Assembly (NCBI GenBank): GCA_051362555.1
Contig: CM120641.1
Coordinates: 2,666,001-2,730,000 of the forward strand
Direction: 5' to 3'
Source: Lingula anatina
Lineage: Eukaryota > Animalia > Brachiopoda
Length of the DNA stretch: 64,000 nt
Numbering within the stretch: the first letter of the stretch is position 1; every line of letters begins with the position of its first letter. The translations under genes and the position numbers were made by a program. Under the pieces are notes generated by a model. That model was not told where the DNA came from, ran no database searches, and worked only from the letters and a program-made list of their open reading frames with translations. This document shows positions 58,141 to 64,000 of this stretch, piece after piece.

Positions 58141-60509
58141 AGAAACTGAAAATTCATAAAATGAAGTAAAAATGAAGCTGTTACCTAGGACTCCACTCTG
58201 TGCTGTCTTTCATGGCTGTGAATGTGTAAATACCACTCCAACCAAATCTTCCTCCACAGTGATACTCTGAAAAGAACCATGATGAAACTGAGTTACACAA
58301 AACTTATACATATCTTTTCATCTACAGGGTAGTCTTATAACAAAATAACAAATATGTAGAATGAAAAAAAAAATGAAAAGAAATTTATTCTGTTTAAACG
58401 TGATATTTGACAGAATAAAGTCAAAATGGGGTTTACAGGAGTCAAACATTAACCTGATAAAAGTTTAAAGGGTCTTCAGGTTCTGATTGCACCTTTCTTC
58501 AGTAGGCAGTATCTCTTATCTATATCAATAAAACACTTTTCTGTCATGTTAAGCACTTCAGCAAATACTTAAATGTTTATATCAGTTTCAAAGTTTGGAA
58601 AAACCAGATTTATAAGTCGTCAATCTCTCAAAACATACCAGTAGTACTGATCACTAGGTTATAGCACTTGATGTAAACATGTCTTAAATCAATAAAATAC
58701 TATCGAGTACTAGTAAGTGACTTAAGCAAATCAAGCAAACACAAAATACAACTTGGGTGCTTATATCAGATTAGATTTTGTACGTTACACAAGAATATCA
58801 GCTAATAAAAGGTCTCTCAAAACGGTGTGACTGAAATGCGCAATACACCGCAATACAGCGCAACACAGTGCAATACACTTCAAAAAATCAAATCCAGTTG
58901 CAATTACACAAAAGAAATGACCGTTCCCAGCAAAGTAGGGTGATATAAAAACAACCTATATTACTAGGTAAGTAATATCGTTGAAATAACTTAACAAATC
59001 AGCAAGACTTTTATATTGTCGTGTTGGCAGCCATGTTGGCGAGTGGCTCTTCTTGGATATATTACTGGCCAAGAAGAGCTTTTCGCCAACATGGCGGCTG
59101 ACCAAACAGTGAAAAAATTGTCAAGTTGTATCAGCAATATTAATTACTATGTACTATATTTTGCTTTTATATCACCCTATTTTATTTGAGATTACCCTTT
59201 CCTGTGTTTACTTGCAACTGGACTTGTGTTATCAAGTGTATTGCGCTGTGTTGCGCTGTATTGCAGTGTATTGCGCATTTCAGTCACACCCCTCTCAAAA
59301 TATTACTTACAGCATTAACAGATTCAGAATTGTCTTATGCACTGAAAGTAATGAAATTAATATTTAAAAATGACAAAATGTGATGCTGTCATACATACTG
59401 TACATTTTTCCTGGAATAAGGTCATTCAGAGTTACTCTATGGATAAAGATTACTCTTTTTTCTTCTCCACTGTCTACAAACTTAGTCTCAGTGCCATATG
59501 CCACCTGATCCAAGCCATTCTGTCCATATTCCACAATGGAACTGTTTGATTCACTCATCGTGACCCATGTTACTATCATCTGTTGTGGGGTGACTAAACA
59601 GACAGAAGAAAGACAAAGGTTAATCAAGATCATACAGTGTCAAGGAGATTAAAAATTAATGACAAATTTTTATTTAAAAAATCCACATTTTATACATGCT
59701 ATATATGAACTTAATAATCACTGGTACCCGTTCTGTGCATGCACATTCTATAACAATTCAACGGGGGCGTCTCGATAGTCCGAAGGTTCATTGGTCCGAA
59801 GGTTCATTGGTCCGAAAATTCGTAAATTTTTCATCAGATTTTCAACAAAAAGGTTCATTGGTCCGAAGGTTCATTAGTCCGAAAATTAAAGGTCCATTGG
59901 TCCGAAGGTTCATTAGTCCGAAGGTTCGATAGTCCGAAGGTTCATTAGTCCGAAGGTTCGATAGTCCGAAACATTTTAAGATGTTCTTCGATTTTAAGAA
60001 TTATAATTACAAACGGAATCTAAGGGTGCGTTCCCAACGAAACTATCATTCTACGTAGATTGATCCAACTCCACCAGGATTCTCACTGTATGCAATCAGA
60101 TTAGCAATCCTGGAGCTGCTAGGGGGTGATTAACTTTCGTGTGAACTCAGCTTCTAGAATCTTTATCATTTCGTTTTGAGTGCGACCGAAACGCACGTGA
60201 AAATTATCCATATAGGTCGTATTGTTTCCGTGAACTACTCTTTACAATGTGGGGAAGTTTGGGGATATGCAATGGCTACCCTTTCCAACTCATGAACACA
60301 TATACATGTTTCACATGAAATATTGAATAAAGATTGGAACGCATAAAATGAGAGGACGCCTATAATGACATTTTCTTACGATGTCTTAAGATACTATGAT
60401 TAGAATTCAAATTCTTCTAACCTACACATTTCTTAAATTATGTAAAAGTTATAGAATAATTGCATTTCCAAACAAACTATGTTGTTGTTCGCACAGCCCA
60501 CTCCCCTCC

Positions 60510-60540
<31 letters not shown>

Positions 60541-60841
60541 AAGAAAAAAAAACAGCCGTTCCGCCAGCAGTATTGTAGGCCTATTACTCATAGGGATGAG
60601 GATGAATTAACTGGAGTGTAAACTTGGCATATAAACAAAAATTACGAGCATTTACGAAAACAAGCTTTTCCCTTACTAGGCCTTTAAACATAAAAATTGT
60701 ATCAGAATACAATGCTCAAATATCCACAAATAGTAATACATATTTAATTCCACCCCCTCTTCCCTAGCAATACTGAAGGTGCTGAAACGTTTATAATCTG
60801 AATAGAAATGTGGCAACGCCATATCAACCCGGTGGGCCTAT

Positions 60842-60872
<31 letters not shown>

Positions 60873-61827
60873 TTAAACGTAAAATACAAGTGAGAAGGCA
60901 GTTTGAACATGTTGAAATATTCTAAAACAGTTAAACTTCTAATCTGATGAACAACATCAAAAATGCTGTCTTTGTAACAAATTCATTTAAACGAAGAAAA
61001 ACGTACTCTGCAAAAAGTAGATACACTTGTGACTCGTGAGAAAATTTCCATTTGATTTTACAAAATAAACCTTTGCAGTTAAATATCGTCAACTTCCAAT
61101 CCCATGAAAAACATCAAGATCTGTTTTTTCTTTTTTTTTTTGTAACTAATGTAATATGCTAGTATTGACGTTATTTTTGCCCGTGCAGACCTAACTTTTA
61201 AAACCTCTACCAGGGCGACTGATAGATTTTTTACAGATATTCACAGATGTGTCTCTAGATAAATAGGTGGTCATTTTGAGACACCAACAATTTTCGGGGC
61301 CCTTTAGCGGGCCCCAGATCCTACGCCAAGGGGGGTGGGGGCTTTGCAACCGCGGACCCCCCTTCAAATAATCTTGGATCCGCCCCTGTACATGTAATTC
61401 ACTATACACTTATACAGCGGGCCTACATTCGGACTATCGAACCTTCGGACTATCGAACCTTCGGACTAATGAACCTTCGGACCAATGAACCTTCGGACTA
61501 TCGAACCTTCGGACCAATGAACCTTCAATGCACATTCGGACCATTGAACCTTCGGACTATTGAACCTTCGGACTATCGCTACGGCCCCCAATTCAACAAG
61601 TCACCTGATCATGAATTAACTGAAGTGAAAAGAAGCAAACTGTTGCTGCGTCACGTAACTACGACTCATTGGAACGTGACTGTTAACAGAAACAAAAAAG
61701 AAAAAAATCGTTGAAAAAACCTACCACCATAAGAGAGATGCACTTGCTCTGGCTGTCCATAGTATTGAGAGAATACGGGATAGAACACCAAGCAAAATAA
61801 ACAACAAAGCAGCTTCATCCCTGACAT
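54544..61827 (-). CDS. ACP7: Acid phosphatase type 7 (purple acid phosphatase-like), 13 exons
   Basis: Signal peptide plus QPEQVHLSYG (exon 61827-61725). Further exons approx. 59593-59399, 58266-58185, 57961-57861, 57694-57669, 57453-57356, 57176-57111, 56868-56754, 56550-56434, 56116-55988, 55718-55647, 55291-55154, 54615-54544. Metallophosphoesterase motifs YGDFG, HVGDIAY, PGNHE, FGHRPMYCS, GHEHSYER, HVVTGSAG. Confidence 0.93.
54795..54977. mobile_element. hAT-like MITE in the last ACP7 intron
   Basis: TIR CAAGGCTTTTCTCAG / CTGGGAAAAGCCCTG with a perfect 8-bp TSD AACTTAAC (54787-54794 and 54978-54985). Confidence 0.8.
58102..58140. repeat. (CT)n(GT)n microsatellite
   Basis: Directly visible in the sequence. 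Confidence 0.9.
58823..59291. mobile_element. Foldback MITE, copy 2 (ACP7 intron 2); the 9-bp TSD suggests the Mutator/MULE superfamily
   Basis: Same element as 32273-32740, flanked by a perfect 9-bp TSD CTCTCAAAA (58814-58822 and 59292-59300). Confidence 0.93.
59763..61588. mobile_element. 1.83-kb non-autonomous Mutator/foldback-type element with inverted 16-bp subterminal arrays (ACP7 intron 1)
   Basis: Perfect 9-bp TSD CAATTCAAC (59754-59762 and 61589-61597). Termini GGGGGCGTCTCGATAGTCCGAAGG / CCTTCGGACTATCGCTACGGCCCC. About 10 copies of the unit (ATTR/GATA)GTCCGAAGGTTC on the left (59773-59970) and about 9 inverted copies on the right (61428-61578). Confidence 0.92.
61270..61388 (-). mobile_element. 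Fragment of a CAGGGGCGGATCC-type MITE nested in the 1.83-kb element
   Basis: GGATCCGCCCCTG terminus at ~61376-61388 with a GC-rich body. Similar terminus to 15688-15846. The other end was not found. Confidence 0.45.
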
Positions 61828-62184
61828 TTTCTTTTCTCCTCACTTGGTACTACATAACCACTCAACCTTCTCAGCTTCCTTCTCTTGTTTTCATCGGCTA
61901 TGTAAATAACAAAGATTAAGGTAATGTATTCAAGGGGAGTACTTGAACCATTTTTATCATTGGCGATAAGTATTTTACTGTACAGAAAGCTGTAATTAAA
62001 TATTTTGACGTATATAATACGATATGTGGCATAAACAATTTAATTATTGCAAATATATTTTGAGACAGAACGAGTTGCTTCCACATAATGAACTTTGAAT
62101 CTTAAGAATATGACATATCTTCCCACTTCCTCTTACTTCCGGTGAGGAGAGCATGCATGAGTAGAGTGAGTTTGGCTTTTTGAC
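61828..62184. promoter_or_regulatory. Bidirectional promoter region between ACP7 and RNPC3
   Basis: Only 357 bp separate the divergent ATGs. ETS motif ACTTCCGGT at ~62135-62143, with further CTTCC cores just upstream. Confidence 0.65.
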
Positions 62185-63642
62185 ATGGCTGATGCTCTTT
62201 CAACCCTATTTATCAGGCACTTGCCTGCAGAGTTAACTGAAGATGAGAAGGGGGATTTACTTAAGCATTTTGGGGCCGTAAGAACAAAATGCATGGGCAC
62301 AGCAGGAAGGCTAAGGCATACCGCATTCGCTGTGTTCGATTCTAAAAAACAGGCAGAAAAGGCCTTAGAACGACTTCATCAATTAGAGATCCTTGGTTGT
62401 AGACTAAGTGTAGAATTTTCAAAGAAACAATATGAGAAGTTTCATCCCAAGTTTTCTGACTCTGAGACATTCAAAGACAAGCTCAAAGAGGAAAATTTCA
62501 AAAAACAAGAAACAACCAAGAGCGAAGAGGAGGTGCTTGAAAATCAAATCCCTTCGTTTGGAAAAATAGCAGAAAAGTTAGGTATTGATTATCCTTACAA
62601 CCCTAACTTACATTACATCTACCCACCGCCAGATGTTAATATCTTGACAAACATTGCTCATACACTTGCAACTGTGCCCAAGTTTTATGTTCAAGTTTTA
62701 CATCTGATGAACAAAATGAATATGCCAGCACCGTTCAGTCCGGTTACACCAGCCCCTCCCCTTCCTGAAGGTAGGCCTATAGAGTCCAGACCTTCTGAAC
62801 CAGACTGGCCAGATATGGAAGAAATGGAGGTGGTAAGCACGGATGAATCTGAAATACAGAGTGACACTGATGATGAGGCTAAAGGAAAGAAACAAGAACC
62901 AGTGAAAAGACAGAAGCAGCAGAAAAAGAGACCAAGAAAGAAACTGAAATTACATGATCTTATAATCCCTAAACCTATACCAAGTGGAACTTTGTCAAAT
63001 GCACCAAAAGCAGAGGATGTTTTTGAACAGCCACAGCCTACAGCACAAAAGAAAATAGAAATCAAAGTTCCTGCAGTCGCTGACCAAATAGAACCAATTG
63101 TACCCAGTGAAAACTTAGAACTTGAAGAATCATTTGAGAAACCACCAGTGCAGGTTGAGGAAGGTGGATTTGGAAAAATTGAGCCTGTAGTTAAAGAGGC
63201 AGAAGCTGATGACGGCGAAGAAAGTGATTCAGATGTAACTCAATTCATTTCATCTAGTGAACTCAAACGTGGGAGGTTATCCTCAAAAGAAATGAAAGAT
63301 ATAAATGTGTTTAAAAGATATGATGCTGGTGATCAAACCAGTAGGTTGTATATTAAAAATCTTGCGAAACATGTTACAGAAAAAGACTTAAAATATGTTT
63401 TTGGTCGGTACATTGACTGGACATCAGAAGAACAGACAAACATGTTTGATATTAGACACATGACTGAGGGTAGGATGAAAGGACAGGCTTTTGTCACATT
63501 GCCTAATGAGGATCTTGCTCAAAAAGCCTTGAACGAGACCAATGGATTTGTTTTAAATGGGAAACCAATGGTTGTCCAATTTGCACGCTCTGCTAAACCT
63601 AAAGAAAAAGAAGACCCCAAGTCAAAGGAAACAAAACTGTGA
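62185..63642 (+). CDS. RNPC3: RNA-binding region-containing protein 3 (U11/U12 snRNP 65K), single coding exon, 485 aa
   Basis: N-terminal RRM (TLFIRHLPAELTEDEKGDLLKHFGA...AFAVF), conserved YPPPDVNILTNIAHTLATVPKFYVQVLHLMNKMNMPAPF block, Pro/acidic linker, and C-terminal RRM (RLYIKNLAK...GRMKGQAFVTLP...NGFVLNGKPMVVQFAR). Confidence 0.95.
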   Translation: MADALSTLFIRHLPAELTEDEKGDLLKHFGAVRTKCMGTAGRLRHTAFAVFDSKKQAEKALERLHQLEILGCRLSVEFSKKQYEKFHPKFSDSETFKDKLKEENFKKQETTKSEEEVLENQIPSFGKIAEKLGIDYPYNPNLHYIYPPPDVNILTNIAHTLATVPKFYVQVLHLMNKMNMPAPFSPVTPAPPLPEGRPIESRPSEPDWPDMEEMEVVSTDESEIQSDTDDEAKGKKQEPVKRQKQQKKRPRKKLKLHDLIIPKPIPSGTLSNAPKAEDVFEQPQPTAQKKIEIKVPAVADQIEPIVPSENLELEESFEKPPVQVEEGGFGKIEPVVKEAEADDGEESDSDVTQFISSSELKRGRLSSKEMKDINVFKRYDAGDQTSRLYIKNLAKHVTEKDLKYVFGRYIDWTSEEQTNMFDIRHMTEGRMKGQAFVTLPNEDLAQKALNETNGFVLNGKPMVVQFARSAKPKEKEDPKSKETKL

Positions 63643-64000
63643 TACTTGGATCTAAAATGTAAATCATGACTGGAAAAGCTTTTTGGGTATAAAGTAGATT
63701 GTATTACAGTGCATCTGGATGGATTATTAATAACAAATTATATTACTTGAATGCTTGTTTTTCTTTAATATAAATATATTAAAATACATTTGGTACTGAT
63801 GGAAAAAATTACTTATAAGTTTGAAACATACAGTTAAATTAATCTTAAAGATGACAACCAAAGTATTTTTATACAAAAACTTTATTATTGACCTTCTTTG
63901 TAGTCTAAAGTCTCAACATTCACATTCTGACTTAAATTTAGTCAACCTAATACTTAAAGATGTACTCATTTCTTGATAAATGAAAACAAAGGATCATAAT

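Noticed and set aside
62691-63065. Antisense 124-aa ORF within RNPC3
   Set aside because: Shadow ORF of the coding strand with no recognisable motifs.

Overview
This is AT-rich, intron-rich animal genomic DNA, probably from a marine invertebrate (lophotrochozoan/mollusc-like; inference only). Six genes can be assembled by hand from splice signals: cobalamin-dependent methionine synthase MTR (-, ~32 exons), syntaxin-5 (+), a DEX1-like FG-GAP membrane protein (-), a secreted galaxin-like double-cysteine repeat protein (+), purple acid phosphatase ACP7 (-) and the minor-spliceosome protein RNPC3 (+, CDS without introns). MTR/STX5 and ACP7/RNPC3 are head-to-head pairs. The most striking non-coding structure is a ~4.45 kb Helentron-type non-autonomous element in an MTR intron. 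It carries a 146-bp satellite with higher-order structure, and nearly every monomer holds a composite nuclear-receptor motif (RORE + DR1 + FTZ-F1/ERR half-site). Other mobile DNA: two copies of a fully palindromic ~470-bp MITE (one with a 9-bp TSD), a 1.8-kb element with inverted 16-bp terminal arrays and a 9-bp TSD, a 614-bp solo LTR with a 4-bp TSD, and several small MITEs. No tRNA, rRNA or CRISPR feature was recognised. Exon coordinates were read by eye and may be off by a few bases.
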